Program-made: the position numbers and the translations under genes
Shown here: one piece after another, positions 12,467 to 23,989 of the stretch
How positions within the stretch are numbered: the first letter of the stretch is position 1
How the letters are laid out: each line of letters opens with the position of its first letter
Notes under the pieces: model-generated
Told to the model about the DNA's origin: nothing
The model's input: only the letters and a program-made list of their open reading frames with translations
The model's database searches: none
Assembly: GCF_036365525.1 (NCBI RefSeq)
Contig: NC_090399.1
Location: forward strand, 21,958,529 to 22,022,528
DNA: 64,000 nt
Reading direction: 5' to 3'
Source of the DNA: Heterodontus francisci
Lineage: Eukaryota

Positions 12467-15068
12467 GTTGGGACACAATGTTCTGTTGGGGGACAATAGC
12501 ATAATGATAATGTTACTGAACTAGTAATCCAGAGACACCAGTTAATGCTCCAACAACATGAGTTCAAATCTCACCACGGCAGCTGGGGGAATTGAAAATA
12601 CAATTAATTAATGGATCTAATGCTAGTTTCATTAATTATGATCCTGAAATTATTGTTGTAAAAACGCATGTGTTTCGAGGAGGAAATCCATTGTCTTTAC
12701 CCAGTCTGGCTTACATGTGACTCCAGATCCACAGCATCCTGATTGACTCTTAATTGCCCTGTGAAAAGGCCTAGAAAGCCACTCAGTTGTATCAAACCAC
12801 TACAGAGAAGTTGAATAAGAATAAAACCAGACGGGCATCGTCTGAGGCACTGGAAACTATAAAAGGTGCACTGTGCCAAGTTCTCCTCATGAACATCTGG
12901 GAACTTTTGCCAAAATTGGGACAGCAGTCCCATAGACTAATCAAGCAATAACCTGACATAGTCTTACTCATCAAATCATATTTTACAGCCAATGTCCCAT
13001 GGGTATGTCCTGTCCCAGATGTAGTGGAACAGTGGCATACTGTCAGGAGGGAGTGGCCCTGGGAATCCTCAGCATTGACTCTAAACCCCCTGAAGTTTCA
13101 TGGCATCAGATCAAACATGGGCAAGGTAACCTCCTGCTGATTGCCACCTACTGCCCTCCCTCAGTTGATCCATGTTGAACTCCATTTGGACAAAGCACTA
13201 AGGGTAACAAGGGCACAGAAGTAATCCAAGTGGGGGACTTCAATGTCCATTTCCGAGAGTGACTGGATAGCACCACTCAATGAGCTGGCTGAGTCCCTAT
13301 CTGTCAGACTGGGCCTGTGACAATGGTGCGGGAACCAACAAGAGGGAAAAATCTATTTGACCTCATCCTTGTGAAATTACCTGATGGATGTCCTGCATTT
13401 AAATCTGCTATTGCACTGCATCACCTAGGGACTAAAAACAACAAAGGCACGCCCTGCCCAGTTGACCTTGCAAAGTCTTCCTCACAAAAATCTGGGGACT
13501 TATGTCAAAATTGGGACAGCTGTCCCACAGACTAGTCAAGCAACAAGATAACATAATCATACTCACAGAATCATATCTTACAGCTAAAGTCCAGACTCCT
13601 CCATCATCACCCTGAAGTATATCCTGTCCTACCAGGAGGACAGACCTATCAGAGGTGGCAGCACAGTGATATACAGTGGGAAGGGACTGGCCCTGGGAGT
13701 CCTCAATATTGACCCCGGATCCATGAAGTCTCATGGCATCAGGTCAAACACAGGCAAGGAGACCTCCTGCTGATTACCACCTACCTCCCTCACTCAAATG
13801 ATGAATCAGCACTACTCCATGTTGAACACCACTTGGAGGAAGCACTGAGGGTAGCAAGTGTATAGAATGTACTCTGAGTGGAGGACTTCAATGCCCATCA
13901 CCAAGATTGGCTCAGTATCACCACTACTGATTGAGCCGGCTGAGTCCTGAAGGACATAGCTGCTAGACTGGGCCAACGGCAGGAGGTGAGAGAAACAACA
14001 AGAGGGAAAAGTGTACTTGACCTTGCCCTCACTAATCTGCTGTCACAGATGCATCTGTTCGTGATAAGAATTGATAAGAGTGACCACCGCACAGTCCCTG
14101 TGGAGATGAAGTCCCATCTTCACACTAAGTATACCCTTCATTGTGTTGTGTGGCACTAACACTGTGTTAAATGGGATAGATTCAGGACAGACCCAGCAGC
14201 TCAAAACTGGACATCCATGATGTGCTGTGGGCCATCAACAGGAGAAGAATTGCATTCAACCACAATCCATAATCTCATGTCTAGCGTATCTCTCAATCTA
14301 CCATTACCATCAAGCCAAGCGACCAATCATGGTTCCGAGAGGAGCATATGCGAGGAGCTGCACCAGGCATAGCTAAAAATGAGGTGCCAACCTGGTGAAG
14401 TTACAACACAGGACTACAGGCATGCTAAACAGCAGAAACAACATGCAATCAACAGAGCAAAGCGATCCCACAATCAACAGATCAGATCAAAGCTCTGCAG
14501 TTCTGTCCCATCCAGTTGTGAATGGTGGTGGACAATTAAACAACTAACCAGAGCAGAAGGCTCCAGAAACACCTATCCTCAATAATGGGGGACTCCAGCA
14601 CGTGAGTGCAAAAGACAAGGCTGAAGCATTTGCAAACATCTTCAGCTAGAAGTGCCGAGTGGATAATCTATTTCAACCTCCTCCGGAGATTGCCAGCATC
14701 ATAGATGCCAGTCTTTGGCCAATTTTATTCACTCCACTTGGTATCAAGAAATGACTGAAATCACTGGATACAGCAAAGACTATGGGCCCAGATAACATCC
14801 CAGCTGTAGTACTGAAGACTTGTGCTTGAGAACTAGTTGCCCTCCTAGCCAAGCTGTTCCAGTACAGCTACAACCCAGGCATCTACCCAACAATGTGGAA
14901 AATTGCCCAGGTAGGTCCTGCCCACAAAAAGCTGCCCAAATCCAATATGGCCCACTCCCTCCCCATAAGTCTATTCTCAACGGTCAGCAAAGTGATGGAA
15001 AGTGTCATTGACAGTGCTATCAAGGGGCACTTACTCAGCAATAGCCTGCTCAGCAATGCTTAGTTTAT

Positions 15069-15230
15069 AATAAATAAAAGCAAAATACTGCGGATGCTGG
15101 AAATCTGAAATAAAAACAAAAAGTGCTGGAAATACTCAGCAGGTCTGGCAGCATCTGTGGAGAGAGAAGCAGAGTTAGCCACAGATGCTGCCAGACCTGC
15201 TGAGTATTTCCAGCATTTCTTGTTTTTATT
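15069..15230. mobile_element. Fold-back Penelope pLTR mini-insertion
   Basis: Two inverted pLTR arms; 14-bp TSD AATGCTTAGTTTAT (15055-15068, 15231-15244). Confidence 0.85.
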
Positions 15231-16241
15231 AATGCTTAGTTTATGTTCTGCCATTGACACGTGACTCGAGAAATCATTATAGCCTTGGTCCAAACAGGGG
15301 CAAAAGTGCTGAATTCCAAATATGAGGTGAGAATGTCTGCCCTTGACATCAAGGCAGCATTTGACTGAGTGTGCCATCAAGGAGTCTTAGCCAAATTGGA
15401 ATTGGGAGTAAACTCTCCACTGTTTGCAGTCATACCTAGCACAGAGGAAGCTGGTTGTGGCTGTTGGGGGAAATCATCTCAGTCCCAGGACATCACTGCA
15501 GGAGTATCTTAGAGTAGTGTCCTAGGCCCAACCATCTTCAGCTGCTTCATCAACGACCTTCCCTCCATCATAAGATGAGAAGTTGGGATTTTTGCTGATG
15601 ATGCATAGTGTTCAGTACAATTCACGACTCTTCAGATACTGAAGCAGTCCATGCCTGCATATAGTAAGACCTGGACAACATTCAGGCTTGGGCTGATATA
15701 GGGCTAGTAACATTCACCACACACAAGTGCGAGGTAATGACCATCTCCAACAAGAGAGAATTTAAACACATTCCCTTGATGTTCGGCAGCATTGCAATCG
15801 CTGAATCCCCCTTCCTCAACATCCTGAGGGTTACCACTGATCAGAAACCTAACTGGGTCAAGCATATAATTACTGTGGCTACAGGAACAAGTCAAAGGCT
15901 GTGTTGAGTAATCCACCTCCAGATACTCCAAAGCCTGTTCACTATCTACAAGGCATAAGTCAGGAGTGAGATGGAATACTCTTCACTTGCCCAGATGAAT
16001 GCAGCTCCAACAACACTCAAAAAGCTCAACACCATCCAGGACCATGCTTTAATGGCACTCCATGCACAACTTTAAACATTCACTCCCTCTACCACCACAC
16101 ATAATGGCAGCAATGTATACCATATACAAGATGCACTGCAGCAACTCACCATGCCTCCTTCAACGGCACCTTTAAAACTCGTGATCTCTTCCACCGAGAA
16201 GGATAAGGGCAGCAGGTGCTTGGCAACACCACCATCTGCAA

Positions 16242-16337
16242 CAAAAACAAGAAATGCTGGAATCACTCAGCAGGTCTGGCAGCATCTGTGGAAAGAGAAG
16301 CAGAGTTAACGTTTCGGGTCAGTGACCCTTCTTCGGA
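16242..16337 (-). mobile_element. Penelope-derived mini-element with hammerhead motif
   Basis: 14-bp TSD ACCACCATCTGCAA (16228-16241, 16338-16351); reverse complement reads CCGAAGA-AGGGTCACTGACCC-GAAACGTTAACT. Confidence 0.85.
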
Positions 16338-16556
16338 ACCACCATCTGCAAGTTCCCCTCCAAGTTACATACCACCCTGACATGGAAATATGTCACTGTT
16401 CTATCACTGTATCAAAATCATAGTACTCCCTACCTAACAGCACTGTTGGTGTACCTATCGAGCATAGACAGCAGTTTAAGGAGGCCGTTCACCACCACCT
16501 TCTCAAGGGCAATTAGAGAAAGGCAACAAATGCTGGCCTTTCCAGAGATACTCGTG

Positions 16557-17360
16557 AGCTGAGTCATGGGCGAAGTCAGGCGACGTTACGGAAGTAGAAG
16601 TAGGCGGTCCTAGTGATGATACGAATATGAGTTCAAGGCTCATATCAGGGTCGAATGTGACACCAATGTTGCAAACAGATGGCTTCAAATCAGACTGTTG
16701 CAAGGGAGAGAGATGGAGTCGGTAGCTGGAGAACAGAGTTTGGAGCAGGGACCAAAAACAATAGCTTCAGTCGTCCCCATATTTAATTGGGGAAATGTCT
16801 GCTCATCCAGTGCTGGATATCGGATAAGCAGTCTGACAATCTAGCAACAGTGGAGGAGTCGAGAGAAATGGTGATGAAGTAGAGTCGAGTGTTGTCACAA
16901 CATATGTGAAAACTAATGTTGTGCTTTCGGATGATGGCGGCAAGGGGCAGCATGTAGACAAAAAAATAGTTGAAGGCTAAGGATAGATCCTTGGGGAATG
17001 CCAGAGGTAATGGTGGGGGAGCAGGAGAGAAGCCATTGCAAGTGATTCTCTGGCTATGATTAATGGAACCAGGAGAGAGCAATCCCACCCAGCTGGACGA
17101 CAGTGGAGAGGCTTTGGAGGAGGATGGTGTAGTCAACCATGTTAAAGGCTGCAAACAGGCCGAGAAGGACGAAGAGGGAAAGTTTACCTTTGTCACGGTC
17201 ACATTGGCTATCATTTCTGACTTTGATAAGAGCTGTTTCAGTACTGTGATAGGAGCGGAAACCTGGTTGGAGGAATTCAAACATGGATTTCCTGGAAAGA
17301 TGGGAATGAATTTGGAAGGTAACAACACACTCAAGGACTTTGGAGAGGAAAGGGAGGAAT
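16557..17360 (-). mobile_element. L2 LINE RT fragment
   Basis: QPGFRSYHSTETALIKVRND...LLGLFAAFNMVDY (ORF 17060-17380). Confidence 0.8.
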
Positions 17361-17701
17361 AACCTCACACCTCTCCACATTATACTCCATCTGTCACCTT
17401 GTTACCCACTCACTTTACCTGACTATATCTCATTGTAGCCTCTTTGTGTCCTCCTCACAGTTTACATTTCCACTTAGCTTTGTATCATCAGCAAACTTTC
17501 ATTACTTTCGGTCTCTCTGTCTAAGTCATTAGCTGAGACCCCAGCACTGATCCTTGCTGCACTCTTTACATCCTGCCAAGTTGAAAACTCTGTTTATCTG
17601 TACTTTTTGCTTCGGTCCATTTACCAATCCTTGATCAATGGCAATATATTACTCCCAAATCCATGAGCCCCTATCGTGTGTATCGACCTTTTGTGTGGCA
17701 C

Positions 17702-19199
17702 TGTTGCAGCTAGGTGGGTGATGGTGTGACTGGTTTCCACTGTTCACTTCCCAACTGACCATAGCAAGTATTTTTTTAATTCTTTCATGGGATGTGGACG
17801 TCACTGGCAAGGCTAGCATTTGTTTCCCAACCCTAATTGCTCTTGACACTGCTTACTAGGCCATTTCAGAGGACAGTTAAGAGTCAGTCACATTGCTGTG
17901 GGTCTGGAGTCATATGTAGGTCAGACCAGGTGAGGATGGCAGATTTCCTTCCCTAAAGGACATTAGTGAACCAGATGCGTATTTATGGCAATCATGATAG
18001 TTTCATGGCACCATTACTGAGACTAGCTTTCAATTCCAGCATTTTGTTAATTAATTGAATTTACTAATCAATTGAATTTAAATTCCACCAGCTGCCATGG
18101 TGGGCTTTGAACCCTTGTCCCCAGGACATTAGCCTTAGTCTCTAAATTACAAGTTTTCTGACATTACCAGTACAGCACCATCTAATGTTTTCACCACTTG
18201 TATTTTATTTGCTAAGTAAACAGACAGTGACAACTTTTCTTGTAGATTTAAAGCAGCTGATTAAATATTTATTCACAATACTCATTCCCCAAAATGTGCG
18301 CAGCACCACTCATGCATGCATTCACTCTCACATGCACTCTCAAGAGAAGCTAGATAGAAAAGGCCAGGATAGGAGCTGTTCAGAGTGCAGGTTGTAAAAG
18401 TCTGTTGTTTCAGGAATAACCTGTGAGATCCCCTCAGAATGTGAATTGTAAAGTTGCAGGCCTGTTTTCTGGTCGTCTGGTAATCATTGGGTTGTTGCAG
18501 TCTCCTGACGGTTCACTTTGGGATGAAATTGGTGCTGATGTCTTAGGTCAGTTCTCACTGATAGAAGCATCATTTTTACAAAGGCATTCTGTTTTCTCTG
18601 CTGTCGCTAGCTTCAGACTTGTTTCAGCAGGGTTCAGCGATATTGGCTGGATCCATTCTCTCTCATTCTCTCTCCACCTCTCGCTCTCTGTCAATTCTTG
18701 CTGGAATTCAAGATAACACTGTGTGTCTGAGGGCAGACCAGACTGATGTTGTTGTCTCTAGTCCTGTCCTGGAAAGACTCCCCCTTTGTTCCTCAAAATA
18801 ATTTATTTTTAAGGTCAATGTTACAAGGGTCGGTTTCACCCATGTGACTTCAGGTTTCAGCCCAGCTGGGCTGTCTAATGGCCTTGATGATGGCTCCATT
18901 CTGAGGAGAAGAGGGTGGTTCACACTTCATTGTAATGGAGGCTATTAGGAGATGAGACATCTGAGAAAGGTTTTGTCTCATTGTTTTTGAGTGTAGCTTA
19001 CATCCGGGTGTGATTAATTGTTTTTCACTCTTATTAGACACGAATGTGGATTTGAGTGCAAGGGATTCTGAGGGTCACGTGTTTTGTCCTCCATGTTGTT
19101 GACAGCACATGAACTAGTTTCTTTATAATTGTTTCTATTTTTTGCAACTCTTCAGTTTGTTTCTGTATTTTCATTGCTGCACTTCTTATGAGCATGACA
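17702..19199 (-). mobile_element. Solo LTR containing a SINE
   Basis: TGTTGCA...CATGACA termini; imperfect 5-bp TSD GGCAC/GGTAC; host CR1 rejoins across it. Confidence 0.65.
17770..18185 (-). mobile_element. SINE formed from the 5' head and 3' tail of the tRNA-headed LINE
   Basis: 18185-17847 matches the LINE head (27445-27725); 17846-17770 matches the LINE tail (~32675-32744). Confidence 0.85.
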
Positions 19200-19676
19200 G
19201 GTACATTACCAAATGCCTTTTGGAAATCCAAGTATACTACATCTCCTGATTTCCCTGTCTCTATCTGACTAGTTACATAATCAAAAACTCTAATAAATTC
19301 ATCAAACACGATTTCCCTTTTGTTAAACCATGTGAACTTTGTCTGATTATACCATAACTTTCTAAATGCATTGTTAAGACTGCCTTGATAATAGATTCCA
19401 GCATTTCCCTGGTGACTGATGTCAGGCTAACTGGTCTGTAGTTCAGTTTTCTCTCTCCCTCCTTTCTTGAATAACAGAGTTACATTTGTTAACTTCCAAC
19501 CTGCTGGGACTATTCTAGAATCTAGGAAGTTTTGGAAAGTTTTAACCAGCTCATCCACAATCTTTGTAGTTACCTCTTTTAGAAACCTAGAATTTAGACC
19601 ATCAGGTTCTGTGGATGTGTTGACTTTTAGTCCCTTAGGTTTTTCCACTACTTTTTCTTTACGATATTAATTACAT

Positions 19677-21905
19677 TATGGCAAACGTGTGAAGCAGAAT
19701 GCAGACTGCTTTCAATCTCACATTGAAGAGCTGTCATAGCCGCTAAGCGCATTGCACTGCTGAACTACAAGAAAGTCCCCAGCGAGTTAACATCCGTAGC
19801 ACTTAAAGCAGCCAGAAGCACTGCACAAAGAACAGCCAGGCGCTGCGCAAATGACTACTGGCAACACCAATGCAGTCATATTCAGCTGGCCTCAGACACC
19901 AGAAACATCAGAGGAATGTATGATGGCATTAAGTGAGCTTTTGGGCCAGCCATCAAGAAGATTGCCACCCTCAAATCTAAATCAGGGGACACAATCACTG
20001 ACCAACGCAAGCAAATGGACCGCTGGGTGGAACACTACCTAGAACTGTACTCCAGGGAAAATGTTGTCACTGAGACCGCCCTCAATGCAGCCCAGTCTCT
20101 GCCAGTCATGGATGAGCTGGACGAACAGCCAACAAAATCGGAACTCAGTGATGCCATTGATTCTCTCGCCAGCGGAAAAGCTCCTGGGAAGGACAGCATT
20201 ACCGCTGAAATCATCAAGAGTGCCAAGCCTGCTATACTTTCAGCACTCTACGAACTGCTTTGCCTGTGCTGGGACAAGGGAACAGTACCACAGGACATGC
20301 ACGATGCCAATATCATCACCCTCTATAAGAACAAGGGTGACCGCAGTGACTGCAACAACTACCGTGAAATCTCCCTGCTCAGCATAATGGGGAAAGTCTT
20401 CACTCGAGTTGCTTTAAACAGGCTCCAAAAGCTGGCTGAGTGTGTCTACCCTGAGGCACAGTGTGGCTTTCGAGCAGAGAGATCCACCATTGACATGCTG
20501 TTCTCCCTTCGCCAGCTACAGGAGAAATGCCGTGAACAACAGATGCCCCTCTGCGTTGCTTTCATTGATCTCACCAAACAAAGCCTTTGACCTCGTCAGC
20601 AGACGTGGTCTCTTCAGACTACTAGAAAAGATTGGATGCCCACCAAAGCTACTTAGTATCATCACCTCATTCCATGACAATATGAAAGGCACAATTCAGC
20701 ATAGCGGTGCCTCATCAGACCCCTTTCCTATCTTGAGTGGCATGAAACAGGGATGTGTTCTCGCACCTACACTGTTTGGGATCTTCTTCTCCCTGCTGCT
20801 CTCACATGCGTTCAAGTCTTCAGAAGAAGGAATTTTCCTCCACACAAAATCAGGTGGCAGGTTGTTCAACCTTGCCTGTCTAAGAGCGAAGACCAAAGTA
20901 CGGAAAGTCCTCAATGAGGGAACTCCTCTTTGCTCACAACGCTGCATTAACATCTCACACTGAAGAATGTCTGCAGAGACTCATCGACAGGATTGTGGCT
21001 GCCTGCACCGAATTTGGCCTAACCATTAGCCTCAAGAAAACAAACATCATGGGACAGGACGTCAGAAATATTCCATCCATAAATATTGGCGACCACACTC
21101 TGGAAGTGGTTCAAGAGTTCACCTACCTAGGCTCAACTATCACCAGTAATCTGTCTCTCGATGCAGAATTGAACAAGCGCATGGGAAAGGCTTCCTCTGC
21201 TATGTCTAGACTGGCCAAGAGAGTGTGGGAAAATGGCGCACTGACACAGAACACAAAAGTCCAAGTGAATCAAGCCTGTGTTCTCAGTACCTTGCTCTAC
21301 GGCAGCGAATCCTGGACAACGTATGTCAGCCAAGAGCGACGTCTCAATTCATTCCATCTTCGCTGCCTCCGGAGAATCCTTGGCAACAGGTGGCAGGACC
21401 GTATCTCCAACACAGAAGTCTTCGAGGCGGCCAACATCCCCAACTTATACACACTACTGAGTCAGCGGCGCTTGAGATGGCTTGGCCATGTGAGCCGCAT
21501 GGAAGATGGCACGATTCCCAAGGAGCTCGTCACTGGTATCAGACCCACTGGCCGTCCTTGTCTCTGCTTTAAAGACGTCTGCAAATGCAACATGAAGTCC
21601 TGTGACATTGATCACAAGTCATGGGAGTCAGTTGCCAGCGATCGCCAGAGCTGGCGGGCAACCATAAAGGCGGGGCTAAAGCGTGGCGAGTCGAAGAGAC
21701 TTAGTAGTTGGCAGGAAAAAAGACAGAAGCACAAGGAGAGAGCCAACTGCGAAACAGCCCCGACAAACAAATTTTATCTGCAGCACCTGTGGAAGAGTCT
21801 GTCACTCTAGAATTGGCCTTTATAGCCACTCCAGGCGTTGCTTCACAAACCACTGACCACCTCCAGGCACTTACCCATTGTCTCTCGAGACAAGGAGGCC
21901 AAAGA
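19677..21905 (+). mobile_element. 5'-truncated RTE-clade LINE (frameshifted RT)
   Basis: GKAPGKDSITAE...NYREISLLS...PEAQCGFR...FIDLT; GMKQGCVLAPTLF; FTYLGS; RRLRWLGHV (ORFs 20015-21810). Confidence 0.93.
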
Positions 21906-23989
21906 TAGATTAATCACCTTAAGTTGCTCAATCATATTAGACCCTTGGTCATTCTCTATTTCTGGTATGTAATTTTCTGTCTTCTTCTGTTCAACATCTC
22001 TGCCATTTCCTCATTCCTTGTCATAATTTTTCCTGTTTCTGCCTCTCAGGAACCAATGTTTACGATAGCTACTTTCCGCCTGTTCATATACTTGTAAAAG
22101 CACTGACAATCTTTTATAATCCTGGCTAGTTTACTCTCATATTATACATTTTCATTTATCAACTTTTTTGTTGCCCTTTGCTGGTCTCTAAAATGCTCCA
22201 ATCATCAGGCTTGCTACAATTCTGTGCAACTTTATAAGCCTCTTCTTTTAATCTAATACTTTCCTTAACTTCCCTGGTAAGCAAAGGATGGATATTTCTT
22301 GCTGAATTTTTGTATTTTTAATGGAATGTATTTTTGTTCAACATTTTGAGTTGTTTCTTTCAATGTTTCCACCATTTATTTACTGCCATACCTTTTCGTC
22401 CATTTACCCAATCAACCTTAGTCAGCTGTCCCCTCATACCTATGTAATTGGTTTTGTTTAAGTTTAAGATTCTTGTTTGGGACTGGAGTATGTCACTTTC
22501 AAACATAATAAGGAATTAAATTTTCTTGTAATCACTTTTTACTTATGGATCCTTTATTATGGGATTACCAATTATCCCTGCCTCATTGCATAATACTAGA
22601 TCTAAAATAACTGTATCCCTCGTGATTCTACAATGTATTATTCCAGGAAATGGTTGTGAAAGCATTCTACAAACGCATCTTCCACTCGACCTTCACCAAA
22701 TTAATTGCTCCAGTCTATATGAAGATTAATATCCCCCACAACTATTATATTAGCTGTGACAGGATACCCAATTAATTGTAGTGAAACAAAGGTACATAGT
22801 ACAACCAATTAATTGAAATAGAACAAAGATATGTGTACCCAGCTATAATACATTTTGTTCTTCTCGGTCTCCTCCAATTATTCCATTACCGTGGTTACAT
22901 TGCCTTAATTAGGTCAGTGACATCTCTCATAAACATCCAGATCAGACAGGCATATTCTAGACTATTAAAGACATCACTGCGAGCTTACCTTCAAACATTG
23001 CATTATCCTTGATCTGTGGTGATGCCTGTTCCCTGTGCCCACTTATGCAATACATGGCTTACAATTCCATGTTCAGCCTTAAAATTCCAAATTGAGCAGA
23101 ATACTGTTTTAATTCATTGTGCCACTGGTCCTAATTTAATGTGTGCTTGGCTGAAAGGCTGCCCAGGACATTAAAGTATTCAAGTAGTATGGACTCTCGT
23201 TCCCATATTCCCCCAATTCTCCTTTCTGTCTTTATCACCAGGACTTATCTGGGTTATATTCGTATATTCATATTAGCCCATTCAACAGTATTGTCCAATT
23301 GCAGTCCTGATTTTAAAGCAGGCCATCCAGAGTATTTTTTTTATTTGTTCATGGGATGAGGACATTGCTGGCAAAGCCAGCATTTATTGTCCATTCCTAA
23401 TTGGCCTTAAGCAGGTGGTGGTGAGTAATTTCTTGGAACACTGCAGTCCATGATGTGAAGGTACTGCCACCATGTTTTTCGAGTAAGAGTTCCAGGATAA
23501 TAGAAATTATCAGCACAATTGGCTGAAACAACATAAGAACCATGTGTATCAGAGTGTTCATCACACTGGTAGCTGTCAGGCTCCATCTGAACAATGAATC
23601 CCACCAGCTGACATGTCCAATCTGATTCAAAGTTATGTGAACATTTTACATTTCAGCAATAAGATGGCTAATGTCCACGACAATCACTTGATTGAAATTC
23701 TGAAGCTATTGAAGCCTTGTACACCATTTCCACATCTTCTAAAAAACAGCATAATTAGGGTTGAAGTAGGGTTGCTACCGACTCATATTGTCAGGATGCC
23801 ATTTTAAAGTCTGTTGGTCGGCGACCATTTGGTGTTGATAAAATTGAAAATTACCACCTCCACAATTGGAAGGGGATGATTCGAACAACAAAATACAGCC
23901 TCCAAATGTAAAAATCAATGCAGAGCATCAGCGAGCAGGAGAGTTTCCTGGATAAGAAGAACAACCCCACTTTGGAACTAAACTCCCAT

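Larger units (their letters stand above)
12488..16556 (+). mobile_element. Decayed single-ORF CR1/L2-group LINE with tRNA-like head (copy A); endonuclease region duplicated
   Basis: Head homologous to 27445-27800; endonuclease-coding block present twice (~12870-13385 and ~13445-14045); RT remnants at 15300-15700; 3' tail GGGCAATTAG...AAATGCTGGCC at ~16507-16540. Confidence 0.8.
17400..22750 (-). mobile_element. Old CR1 LINE split by a solo LTR (17702-19199) and an RTE (19677-21905)
   Basis: VVYLDFQKAFG (19034-19309); PDGLNSRFLKE...WKLTNVTLLFKKG (19427-19648); CR1-like sequence resumes after 21910. Confidence 0.7.
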
